Shown here: piece by piece, positions 1-11,735 of the stretch
Position numbering within the stretch: the stretch's first letter is position 1
Layout of the letters: the number at the start of each line of letters is the position of its first letter
Origin: Eledone cirrhosa
Lineage: Eukaryota
DNA: 64,000 nt
Assembly (NCBI GenBank): GCA_964016885.1
Contig: OZ024743.1
Coordinates: forward strand, 229,710,001 to 229,774,000
Direction: 5' to 3'
Made by a program: the position numbers and the translations under genes
Notes under the pieces: model-generated
Database searches by the model: none
Told to the model about the DNA's origin: nothing
What the model saw: the letters and a program-made list of their open reading frames with translations, nothing else

Positions 1-1131
1 AGGCGGTGGATCCGATGCTGAGTTTGCTACTGAAAGAGTTAGCATTGATTAGGTCTAGTTGTTATTTTCTCTATATTTAGGTAAGTAATGTTTCCCAGCG
101 AATAGCTGCTGTTAAGACTAAAGAAATTCAGTAGTTCACAAATATGATAAAGGAATAAATAAATCGGTCTCAGTCATATTTTCATTCTCGTATAAAGCCT
201 GACTGTTCAAAATTTGTAACAAATCATATTCTCTCAAGATGAGTTATCTAAAACATAAGTTATCTAAAACAGGGATGGCCAGAAAAATAAATAGACCTAT
301 CATCAAAGACATTCTTTTCCTAGACATATTATGCAGAACTAGATTATTTGATACTTTCCCCTATATTAAAGGTAAAGGCAGTAAGCTATGATTTGGGGGG
401 AAATTGGCAGCTATTTTTATCGGGTGGAGAGACCATAAAGAGGCTGCCCTGTTAACTCGTTTACAAATCCATTTTTCAAAAATAATCAGACCTGACTATC
501 AAGCCCTTCTACAAAGTTATGCGAGGAATATCGAGATACTAAATTATCGAGTATTACGTTCGGTGTCTACGCTAGCTTCCGGGATATAACATACCATACT
601 GACATGCCATGCGTAAGAATGTTTCTAGACAGTAGAAAAGAAACGAAAGGAGATAAATATGGGAAATAGAAGTCAGTGGGGAAAGAAGAAGTTAGCAGGA
701 TTTTTTAAAATACCGGTTATTCAAATTGCTTGAGAGAATTTATCAAGCTTTCCTGAGAAACGAAGATTCTATACCTTCTTATCTCATTATTAATGTAAAA
801 CGTTTGCAATGAAGCCCTACCTTGGTATAAAAATCCATCCCATTCCCGCCAACCAAGATAAGGGAACAGCCTATTTCGTTTTAAGTAAGGCTTTACGAAA
901 TGATGCAAAAAAAAAATATATATGTATATGCCTCATGACATCTTCCAAGCCGACAAGTATGTTACTGATGATGATGATGATGAAAGCAAGAAATAAAGAA
1001 AGAAAGAAAGAAGAAGAAGAAGAAGAAGAAGAAGAAGAAGAAGGTAGTGGTGGAGGTCGTAATAATAATAGTGTCATTTTCCTCGTAAAATTATTTTCCT
1101 CGCTAAATTACTGTTCGACACCCTTGGCATG

Positions 1132-1290
1132 AGAACATTGGCTGTCTGGTTAAGGAATTCGGTTAGTAACCATAAGATTCCAGGGTCAACTCCACAGCGT
1201 GGCACCTTCAGAAAGTTGACCAGAGCTTTGTGAGTGAAATTTCATAAACAGAAACAGTGAGGAATCCCATTGTACATGCATACATACATA
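1132..1290 (+). mobile_element. Degenerate tRNA-derived SINE with (CATA)n tail
   Basis: A-box-like TGGCTGTCTGGTTAAG, B-box-like GGGTCAACTCC, body ending in a catacatac tail. Confidence 0.45.
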
Positions 1291-1291
1291 C

Positions 1292-1458
1292 ATATATATA
1301 TACAATGATATTAAATAAATGGAAACTATATTTATAAAACCATATTCTATTATATATATTTCAAGGGTACCAAAATTTTGGTACCCTTGAAATATATATA
1401 ATAGAATAAATATGGTTTTATAAATATAGTTTCCATTTATTTAATATCATTGTATATA
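1292..1458. repeat. Near-perfect palindrome built from the 3' half of the hammerhead-bearing PLE module
   Basis: About 80-bp arms centred on caaaa|ttttg (1371-1380) with one 4-bp indel. Reads TTTC-aagggtacc...ggtaccctt-GAAA-tatata-TA and matches 56401-56472. Confidence 0.85.
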
Positions 1459-1576
1459 ATACCCCAGAAAACTTGTCGAGTGCTCTGAATCAGTTATAAA
1501 CATTTATATTTGTTGAACTACCAACAAATTGTATATCCCTTCTGCTTACATATATATATATATATATATATATATA

Positions 1577-1846
1577 CTATCCGGGAGCTTCCAGCAGACA
1601 TGGTCGTATTCTTTTAAGGGTATGTCAATATTTGTTTATAAAACTGATCTGTATTATATTTTATCTGATAAAAGCGCACCATAATTTGCTTTGATATCCT
1701 TGAAATATGTATAATGAAATAAATATGGTTTTATAAATATAGTTTCCATTTGTTAATATCGTATTTTTACTCTAAATATTTGTTGAGTGCTTTATATCAA
1801 TTATAAAAATATTTGCTTGTTGTATCCAACAAATTAAATATAACTT

Positions 1847-1852
<6 letters not shown>
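1577..1852 (+). mobile_element. PLE pseudo-LTR-like module (family A) with degenerate hammerhead at 1657-1721
   Basis: Similar to 55817-56003 and to the reverse complement of 53296-53572. Core reads CTGATAA instead of CTGATGA. Flanked by (TA)n on both sides. Confidence 0.75.
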
Positions 1853-1879
<27 letters not shown>

Positions 1880-1937
1880 ATGATAATAATTATAATAGTA
1901 ATAAACGAAAGCTATATACTTTATTTATTTCATTATA

Positions 1938-2103
1938 TAGAGGGCTGGACGCCATGCTCTCAGCAAAGAGTTACTGCCCTTTATGGTCTGAGTTCAAATC
2001 CCGCCGAGGTTAATTTTCCCTTTCATCCTTACGGGGTCGATAAAATAAAGTACCAGTAATACACTGGGGTAATTTCTGGCCTTGTGCAAAAAGTAGAAAC
2101 AAT
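1938..2103 (+). mobile_element. tRNA-derived SINE with Meta-like central domain
   Basis: B-box GAGTTCAAATCCC followed by ttcatccttacggggtcgataaaataaagtaccag; further copies at 52447-53066, 57951-58020 and 60655-60860. Confidence 0.8.
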
Positions 2104-2339
2104 TATATATATACATTTTTCCCAATTTGATATTTATAATTTCATCTGAAAACATTTTATGACATCCAAATTACAATTCTTTACAACACTTTACAATTGC
2201 TCATCTCTTTAAGATTGAAAACCACTATTCACCATCTATGTCCCACCCTCCTACTATAACCCACCCACCTATTGTATGTATATAAAACGAATACGGTAGA
2301 TATGTCAACAATTTGGATGGGACCACCCATGTAAACTCT

Positions 2340-2422
2340 CATATCTGAAGAAGTGTCGATGAAGAGTCGGGATCCGATCACATGATCAAACCCGCGCTGA
2401 TCGATATGGAAACAATTTGTTA
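2340..2422 (+). ncRNA. Type I hammerhead ribozyme interrupted by Helitron insertion (stem I completed at 4057-4060)
   Basis: catat-CTGAAGA-a-gtgtcgat...atcgatat-g-GAAA-caattt-GTT-a|tatg. Removing 2423-4056 restores the catat/atatg stem I. First stem II pair is an A.G mismatch. Confidence 0.6.
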
Positions 2423-3019
2423 TCTCCTTATAGTATATAACCAGCAATTTCTCTGTTTGTCTGTCTGTCCGACAGTGGAAACACGTGCGCGCGTGCGAAT
2501 GTATTTTTGCGCACGCGTAGAGAGAGAGTGAGAGTGAAAGAAAGAGACAGACTACGAGAGGGGGATAGCGGGAGGGAGAGAGGGGGAATTAAGGAGTGCT
2601 ACAGAAACATATATACATTTCTGTGTGTGTGTAATATATATATACACACACAGAAATATATATATATACACACAGAAATATATATACATTTCTGTGTGTG
2701 TAATATATATATATATACACACAGAAATATATATACATTTCTGAGAGGGGGATAGCGGGAGGGAGAGAGGGAGAGAGAGATAGAGTGAATAGACGCTAAA
2801 ACACGTGCGCGCGTGCGAATGTTTTTTGCGCACGCGTAGAGAGAGAGTGAGAGTGAAAGAAAGAGACAGACTACAAGAGGGGGATAGCGGGAGGGAGAGA
2901 GGGGGAATTTAGGAGTGCTACAGAAACATATATATATTTCTGTGTGTGTGTAATATATATATACACACACAGAAATATATATATATACACACAGAAATAT
3001 ATATACATTTCTGTGTGTG

Positions 3020-3066
<47 letters not shown>

Positions 3067-3144
3067 GAAATATATATACATTTCTGTGTGTGTAATATAT
3101 ATATATACTAGCAGAAAACCACGCGATGGGCGCTTTTCTGCTAG
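2423..3144 (+). mobile_element. Non-autonomous Helitron with internal ~325-bp duplication
   Basis: Begins A|TC followed by tatataa and (GTCT)n; ends gggcgcttttctgCTAG. Internal direct repeat at about 2480-2800 and 2800-3100. Confidence 0.6.
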
Positions 3145-4056
3145 TCTATATATATAAAACTGAGGATGTCTGTCTGTGAGTGTGTGAGTTCGAATCCCTA
3201 AAACTCGAGAACCACCAAACCGACTGTTTTCAAACTTTACACATGTAATACTTATGTTTTAAGGAGTGTTCTGAGTAAAATAATTTCAAATTTTTAATGC
3301 CTAGGGACCGCATTAGTGGATTTAGCGATCTCGCTCTATAATTCTTAGTCTTTCTCTTTTTAGATAAATACATACATATAACGTCACACCCTTATAATAT
3401 CTGTCTGTAGGTCTGGCTGTCTGCATTACGTCACTTCCCTGAGGATGTCTGTCTGAGTGTGTGTGTGTGTGTGTGTGTGTGTCTGTGAGTTTGAATCCCT
3501 AAAACTCGAGAAGTACCTAACCGATTTTTTAAAAACTTTACATGTGTATTCCTTATGTTTCAGGGAGTGTTATGCATACAATTCAACTTTTTTTATCTTC
3601 TGCGTTTTTTAAGATTTTTAGGGTTTTTGTGAGGCGTTACATCAGACCGATTGCCTTGAAATTGTAACTATATATTAGTCAGTCTCTTCTTCATACCGTA
3701 AGCAAAGAAAATCCAATTTTTTTATGGCCTAGGGCCCGCATTAGATGAAAAACTTCATTTTTTCAGGTTCTTAGGGCTTTTTGGAGGCGTTACGTCTAGC
3801 CGATTTCCCGAAATTTAAAGGCATATTATGCACATTAAAAAAATTCATTTTCTTTATCCCCCAGGGCTCTCATTAGGTGAAAACCTGCATTTTTCCTGCT
3901 TCATCGAGGAAAATCTTAAAGATTATCCAGCCACCAGAATATTCGGTTTATTTTCTTTACATATTGTCCAGGCATGCAGTTTTTCCACGATTAGGTCTGT
4001 TGGCGGCCCGCGTTCCAAAATACATTATCCCGTGCAACGCCGGGTACCACTGCTAG
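3145..4056 (+). mobile_element. Non-autonomous Helitron
   Basis: 5' TCTATATATATAAAACTG, 3' hairpin cccgtgcaacgccggg then CTAG|T; termini resemble those of the elements at 39834 and 40834. Confidence 0.85.
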
Positions 4057-4097
4057 TATGTAATAACATTTACAAAAAGCTGCAATTCTTATTGTAG

Positions 4098-4184
<87 letters not shown>

Positions 4185-4342
4185 GAGAGAGAGAAAGGAA
4201 GAGAGAGGGGGTGGGGAGTTACCAGCTTAGACTAATGAGACCATTGTTCAGCTTAGTGCTCGATACTTAAGAAAGTAGAGTATTTGGTATTGTGACGAGT
4301 TTCTACCTAACGGCTGTGCACTTGGCTTCGGACAGTAACTCC

Positions 4343-4375
<33 letters not shown>

Positions 4376-4430
4376 CTCAAATCAAAACACGCAATACACA
4401 CGCGCGCGTGCATACACACACGTACGCACG

Positions 4431-4461
<31 letters not shown>

Positions 4462-4509
4462 ACGCACGCACGCACGCCCCCCCCACACACATACACACAC
4501 ACACACACA

Positions 4510-4544
<35 letters not shown>

Positions 4545-5106
4545 AATTTGAAGAAAGTTGGTTAATCAAAAATCTGCCGACGTTTTCTTTAACAGATATG
4601 AAGCACTCAGGGTCTGTGTTCCTTAGGATTTTCTCCGTAAGTTATCGTCCGGAGTTTTAGTATAATAAATAAGAGAGACATTTTTACTCGTGCATCTTCA
4701 TTTCATTTATAGTTCGTTATACGTATTTCGAAGATGTAAGGTAGCTGGTGTATCTGATGTGAGTATGTATAAAGGACTTTAAAAGCTTATATACAAATAA
4801 ATGAATTGCTGAAGAGAATGAATGCAGGATTAGTAGAATAAGTAAATATATCTTTAAAATATATACAAATGCATATAAATCAATATATGTATAAATGCAT
4901 ATAAATTGATTTGAAAATATGAATGAGCAGAATAGAATTGTAGTTCATCTATAGTTTGATATTACGAATTTTCTTATAGCTACTAGTATATACATCTGAA
5001 ATACAACTTATGCCATAAAGTAAAAATTGACACACTTTGTAGATATGCACGCAATGTATACGGTAGAATACATGTGTGTGTTTGTATGGCTTATATATAT
5101 ATATAT

Positions 5107-5628
5107 ATATGAATAAAATTAGTCCTTCATCAGTGATCTTCCAACCTTCATTGGTATTTCTTCGCTTTAAAGATCCTTTGCTTGGTGCGAGCAATAACTA
5201 AAGAAAGTTATTGGGACACGTAAAATAGGGTGAAGCGAGCGAGACATCACGCTCTCTCAGCTGGCTTCTTCCTCACCCTTTCACTCACTCACTCTCTGCC
5301 TCTCCCCCTCTCTCACTTCCTCCCGCTTGACCTGTGTAAAATCCTTTTCTCGCTCAGATCTCGCCCAGGTCGGATGGTCTTTACCTCTCGTCTATGATTT
5401 CACCGAGCTTAAGTTCACAGATATCACGGACTTGTCTCTTCTCTTCCTCTCTTTCCGTAGCATTACCATCTGTTTGTTTACATGCCTCGGTAGCTTCACC
5501 CTATTTTACGTGTCCCAATAACTTTCTTTAGTTATTGCTCGCACCAACCAGAGGTATATGATCTTTAAAGCGAGGAAATACCAATGAAGGTGGGAAGATC
5601 ACTGAAGAAGGACTAATTTTATTCATAT
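5107..5628. mobile_element. Fold-back/MITE-like element with ~130-bp inverted repeats
   Basis: 5107-5236 is the reverse complement of 5493-5628. Each arm carries an outward-facing CTGA(T/A)GA with no closing GAAA. Left arm abuts (TA)n. Confidence 0.7.
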
Positions 5629-5667
5629 GTAATCCATGTGCAACCACGCAGCACGCTATTTTTCATA

Positions 5668-5738
<71 letters not shown>

Positions 5739-5817
5739 TGACTGATCGACCTGATTTACATATTAGCAGATCCACTGATCAGCCACATTTGCATTTCAGC
5801 AGACTTTTATATATATA

Positions 5818-5907
<90 letters not shown>

Positions 5908-5911
<4 letters not shown>

Positions 5912-6020
5912 AACAAGTATGACCCCGACGGCAGACCTCAAGCCGTTTCGACGGCTAATTCTGGACTGAATTAGCCGTCGAAACGGCTTGAGCTCTGCCG
6001 TCGGGGTTATACTTGTTCTT
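5908..6020. repeat. Palindrome with ~53-bp arms and 6-nt loop, centred on a hammerhead-like stem II
   Basis: GTTTC-gacggctaattc-tggact-gaattagccgtc-GAAAC. The minus strand continues GAAAC-ggcttgag-GTC. Confidence 0.8.
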
Positions 6021-6098
6021 ATTACCCACTCTACTACTCTAATTATTGTGTAATTTGGTGCGTTATGGTCCATCTCGTTTCTTACCACATTTCCTTCG

Positions 6099-6134
<36 letters not shown>

Positions 6135-6163
6135 CTGCGCGCGCGCACACACACACACACGTG

Positions 6164-6238
<75 letters not shown>

Positions 6239-6642
6239 ATGCATCATATTGTATTGAAAACATGACTGTGTTCCATTTGTGTGTTCCATATTATGGTCTA
6301 GAGAAATCCACGCATATTAACCGACAATATAAAAGATAGTTTAACACGCCAACATAGTGATTATGAGACTGTGATAGTCAAAATACATTGTTCATGGTTT
6401 TAAAGATTTCATTATTTCAAATGAATTGCAAGAGACAAAATTATGAAAACTAAAACTGATAAAATCATGTGTGCCTAATGTGAGAGAGTGTTGGAGTAGT
6501 TTTATTTGTGTACATGTTTCTTTTATATGTTTATGTATAGAAGAAAGATATTTGTGGATATTGGCTTGTGAAATGTTTGTGCGTGTATTTACATGTGTGT
6601 GTTTCTGTGCGTGTGTAAAAGAAATAGGGGTAAATAGAGAGG

Positions 6643-6741
<99 letters not shown>

Positions 6742-7505
6742 GCTGAAATAGGGAGAAAAAGAGGCAGAAGGAGAGAGAGAAAGTTAGGCAAACAGAGAGA
6801 GAAATAGAGGCAGAAAGAAAGGAAGGGAGAGAGAGAGTGATTATGAGAATGTGTCTCTGTGTGTATGCATGAGTGAGAATGTTTGTCAGCATGTGTGCGT
6901 GTATGTGTGCGAAGTGAAAGTTATTTTCTCTACTCGCATGCAAAAATCTTTCATGCGTCATTGCAGGACATTAATATTTACATAAGAAGTAAATTTATTT
7001 TAAAGAAATCAAATTCCACCTGCCCTCCCACTCCAAAAGTCAAGAAATGATAATAAAGGGAAACAGAAATATGCGCTCCCCCCAACTTGTGCACACTTAT
7101 ATACATGTGTATGCAGTAATTTTATTGCATATACACATACAGTTTGTCATATACAATGTCTATCACACATCTGATATATATACATATAAAGAGTGAAAAT
7201 ATATTAAATATTCATTCCCGCCTGGGGCAGCGCCATCTGTCTCCGGATCGATCAAGATGGCTGACATTTACGCTTTTGCTAATTTACTTTTCTCTGCCGC
7301 CTTATTTCATTCCTTACGTCCATTTTTCCTACATTCGTTATTTTCTTATCTATGTATATATCCATCTACCTACCTATCTATCAGCCCATATATCCATCTT
7401 CCATATTTATCCATTAATTTATCCGTCTCTCTCCCTCTATCTCTCTCTCGCTCCTATCTCCCCTCTATCTCTCTCTCGCTCCTATCTCCCCTCTCTCTCT
7501 CTCTC

Positions 7506-7656
<151 letters not shown>

Positions 7657-7974
7657 GCATACATATATGTTATATTTATATATATATATATATATATATA
7701 TGATTATCTGAGTTTGCTCATACGTATCTCTGAACATACGATTTAAATGAATAGACAGCAAGATAACTATATGTCAGGATACATCGACCTAGTTTTGTCT
7801 TCAAACTCACCCTCTTCTCTAGTACACCCTCTTATTTATATATACACAGGCATATGTACACACGTGCAGATACATATATACATTTGTATATAATATAATT
7901 TTTGTAGCTATGGCGCAATATCAATATATGTGTATACTACACGCACACACGTATATACATACATACATATATAT

Positions 7975-8007
<33 letters not shown>

Positions 8008-8022
8008 CATTCATCCATATAT

Positions 8023-8113
<91 letters not shown>

Positions 8114-8114
8114 G

Positions 8115-8230
8115 GTCTGCTGATGACGCTAATGCAAAATACCGCATGCATCACGCACCCACAGTATTCGGCAAGTTGCAAATTGTAATTATCAAAGCTT
8201 ACTGCTTTAGCAGAAACCCTGGGTTTAGAC
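8115..8230 (+). ncRNA. Type I hammerhead ribozyme with long stem II loop
   Basis: gtctg-CTGATGA-c-gctaatgca...tgctttagc-a-GAAA-ccctgg-GTT-tagac. Near-palindromic stem III; first stem II pair is a C.A mismatch. Confidence 0.65.
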
Positions 8231-8395
8231 CAATGGTTCTCAACCGGGGTCCACATGGACCCTGGGGATCCATGTAATATTTCTGAGGGTCCACAGACAA
8301 AAAATATTCTCTTGTCGAATAGCTATGAGGGGGTTCACCCCACAAAAAATAAGGGAAAAGGACTCCATGAGTTAAAAAAAGGTTGAGGAACACTG
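8231..8395. mobile_element. hAT-type MITE
   Basis: TIRs caatggttctcaacc / ggttgaggaacactg with a perfect 8-bp TSD GTTTAGAC at 8223-8230 and 8396-8403. Confidence 0.9.
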
Positions 8396-8539
8396 GTTTA
8401 GACGAACAAGTGCAAATGCCACATTACGAATATACACTTTGTTAGCACTCTGACACAAGTTTTGCTCGACACACCTTCAAATCATTGAGTGAGTAAATGT
8501 GAGCAAACGTATTTATGGCTAATACTAACTATGACCTCG

Positions 8540-8611
<72 letters not shown>

Positions 8612-8750
8612 AGAGTTGAACAAGATTCAATGAGTACATCAAACGAATAAGTTTTACAGTAGATTGGAAGCACTCTACAGCTAAATATTTTCCAGAGTTA
8701 TTAATATTAATTCCAAATATTAACAAAATAGATATTCTTGTGATCAATTA

Positions 8751-8817
8751 TATTTTATTATACATATTTCAGAGGTACTGAATTAAGTTCTACAGTACGT
8801 CCTCATCAGATAAAATA
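8751..8817 (-). ncRNA. Minimal type I hammerhead ribozyme (family B)
   Basis: Minus strand: tattttat-CTGATGA-ggacgtactg...cagtacctct-GAAA-tatgta-TA-ataaaata with perfect 8-bp stem I; paralogue at 53173. Confidence 0.85.
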
Positions 8818-9702
8818 AAATGATACATGACATACCCTGACATGGTAGATGTTTAAGATTTAATCAAGGTAGTGATTAACTTATGAGAAGACTCAATATT
8901 TATACCCTAATATTGAGAACATGAGAAAACGTAATACAATCAATAGAGAGAGTGTGAGTAATATATTTTAAGAAATACATGGCATCAATGTAACAGTTAT
9001 AGAATTTTTAATATTTCAAAAACTACTAGAGAAATATGCGGGAGAGGAAAGCATAGAGGAAGACGTAGCTGATGTTATAACTTATTTAGCTTGAGAAGAC
9101 AAAATGAAAGATAAAATAAAGAGAGGGAGAGAGACAACGGGGAGTAATTTATGCTCAAGTTTCTACATACACATATTCATATAGAGTTGGCGGTTAATTA
9201 TCAAAATATTTAATTTATGTTATTTCAGGGTAAAGAATCAAATTTTAGGTTTTAAAAGTTGATGGGTATTTGTATTAATATTATAATATAATTATGTTAA
9301 ATTTCTAAAATTCAAATTTTATGAAGACAAATTTAAAGGATTTACGAGACCCGCGAAAGAAAGAAAATATACATTTAATGTTCGATATCCCCACAAAGGT
9401 AATATTTAGCAAAATTACTTATAATATTGACAACAGTTTCTATAATATAATTTATGAGATATTTACAGTTATAACTATTAAAGAATTTATTGTTAAATAG
9501 TTATAGTGCCTAAAGTATTAACAGGTCTTATAATTAAACTTAAAGAGGTCAGAGTTTTTCAGCTATATATATGTGTGTATTGATCATAATATATGAAGAC
9601 TATAATTTATTATTTGTTCATATTAAGTAAATGATTATATAAGTTCGACTTTCCAGGGAAAACCAAACACTTATAATAATGTCATTTTAGTGTTTAAATT
9701 AT

Positions 9703-10100
9703 TTATATAAATGTAACTACGATTATGTTATTACTCTAGATAAAGATATTTGTACAAACTATATATAGAGATATACTAGGTATTAATGAAACGGTATACA
9801 TTTAATAAAGAATAATAAAATCATTGTTATTAGTTTTATACAAATGTAACTACGATTATGTTATTACACTAGATAAAGATATTTGTACAAACTATATATA
9901 GATATACTAGGTATTAATGAAACGGTATACATTTAATAAAGAATAACAATTATAAACTTTGTTAGCAGTTTTATATAAATGTAACTACGATTATGTTATT
10001 ACACTAGATAAAGATATGTGTACAAACTATATATAGGTATTAATGAAACGGTTACATTTTTATTAAAAAATAGCGATTATAATCATTGTTAGTAGTTTTA
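9703..10100. repeat. Three tandem copies of a ~134-bp AT-rich unit
   Basis: atgtaactacgattatgttatt recurs at 9711, 9844 and 9979. Confidence 0.85.
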
Positions 10101-10512
10101 CCTCCAATTCAGTGGAGAAATAAACCAATATTTGACAGGTATTATGGTTTGTTAAATATACATAAAAAATCAAAGCGCAAATCCAACTCTCTGAGTCACC
10201 AAAAACCATCTCAAAATGAGTAAAATATATATATATATAAAATGTAAACGCATGAATGATCCACAGTTCAAATTAAAATCAATAAATTTACTGGTTAGAT
10301 ATCTAAACTATATATTTAAAACAGAGACAGAAAAATAAAGATCTGAATGATAGTTAAAAATATAAAAAAAAACCCATAGGGTATGCATATCTATCAAGTA
10401 AACAAGTTATCAAACAAGTGTCATTCATTCAAACATTAATTCCATTATAAATGATTAGAAGATAAAGCATTATTAAAGTTTTATAAACCGTTATTACTTA
10501 TATGTTCAACAG

Positions 10513-11123
10513 TTGATGATAGACGTCGAAAATCAGGCTTGATTGCTTACTAAATAAACAGTAAAATAAACAGTAAAATTCTAAATCAAAATCAACATAA
10601 TGATATTAATAATAGTGTTAATATAAATAATAATAAATCAAAATGTAATTGTAGAAATAAACAAGATTGCCCTCTGCAAAATAATTGTTTGGATAGAAAT
10701 TTGGTGCATAAATGCACCGTAAATACAAATAACAACACATACAACTACATCGGAGCATCTTCTTCTACATTTACAGCAAGATTTGCGAATCATAAATGCT
10801 CATTCTCGAATTCTAATAGGAAGACTTCGACTTCTTTATCACAGCTTATATGGTCATTAAAAGACAAAAATTTAAAATACTCGATCTTTTGGATGAAGCT
10901 TTGTAGTAGTGGAGTTTATGTCAACTCTTGTATATCAAATAACTGCAGCCTCTGTACAAAGGAGACCCTATTAATAATTAATAATTATGAAAACTTAATT
11001 AACAAAAAAAAAGTGAATTATTCTCAAACTGCCTTCATAAAGCTTTGTCTACATTCCAAGCCTCGCAAAATGTCAGGAAAAAACAGTAAGCAATCAAGCC
11101 TGATTTTCGACGTCTATCATCAA
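10513..11123 (+). mobile_element. 5'-truncated Penelope-like element bounded by a perfect 39-bp inverted repeat
   Basis: 10513-10551 is the reverse complement of 11085-11123; the interval encodes a GIY-YIG endonuclease fragment. Confidence 0.75.
10552..11045 (+). pseudogene. Penelope-type GIY-YIG endonuclease fragment
   Basis: KCNCRNKQDCPLQNNCL...YNYIGASSSTFTARFANHKCSF...SLSQLIWSLK...CSLCTKE...LINKK; apparent frameshift at the poly-A run near 11005; no RT domain. Confidence 0.85.
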
Positions 11124-11265
11124 TATTGTGAGATAGTGTAGAACTTTAGTGATATTATTGTTTATTCAAATCTTAGACTTCATGGATTGATACTCGGAGT
11201 GTCTCTCTGTGATCCTTAGGCGACTGATAGTATGATATTTGGAGCTTTATAATCGATACATCTGC

Positions 11266-11377
11266 TTATAGGAGTTCTTTGGGGGTCAATTTGAAATCAA
11301 TCGAACTGTTAGTAATGACAAAATAACCCACGAAGATCATTCCGACACGCAAACACTGAAAGATATATGATAGATAC
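11266..11377 (-). CDS. Possible terminal exon of an unidentified gene (YLSYIFQCLRVGMIFVGYFVITNSSIDFKLTPKELL*)
   Basis: Acceptor tttctattttccag, 36 open codons to TAA, AATAAA about 100 nt downstream (11166-11161); no homology recognised. Confidence 0.2.
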
Positions 11378-11678
11378 CTGGAAAATAGAAATGTCGATGT
11401 AGTGTCTGAGATTGAAATATGGTAGGGTGAAGTTTTGGATGACTATGATCATTCATCTGCGAAATCTTCGGTCATTTTGAGCTAACAATAACAACCGCAA
11501 CGAAAAACATGATGATGATGATGATGATGATTATGATGATGTTGATGATGGCAAAAAAAGAAAGAAAAAAAGAAGAATAAGAATAAGAATAATAATAAGA
11601 TGATGATGATGATGGTGACGATGATGGTGATGATGATGAAGATGAAGAAGATTATCATCTACGACGACGACGACGACG

Positions 11679-11735
<57 letters not shown>

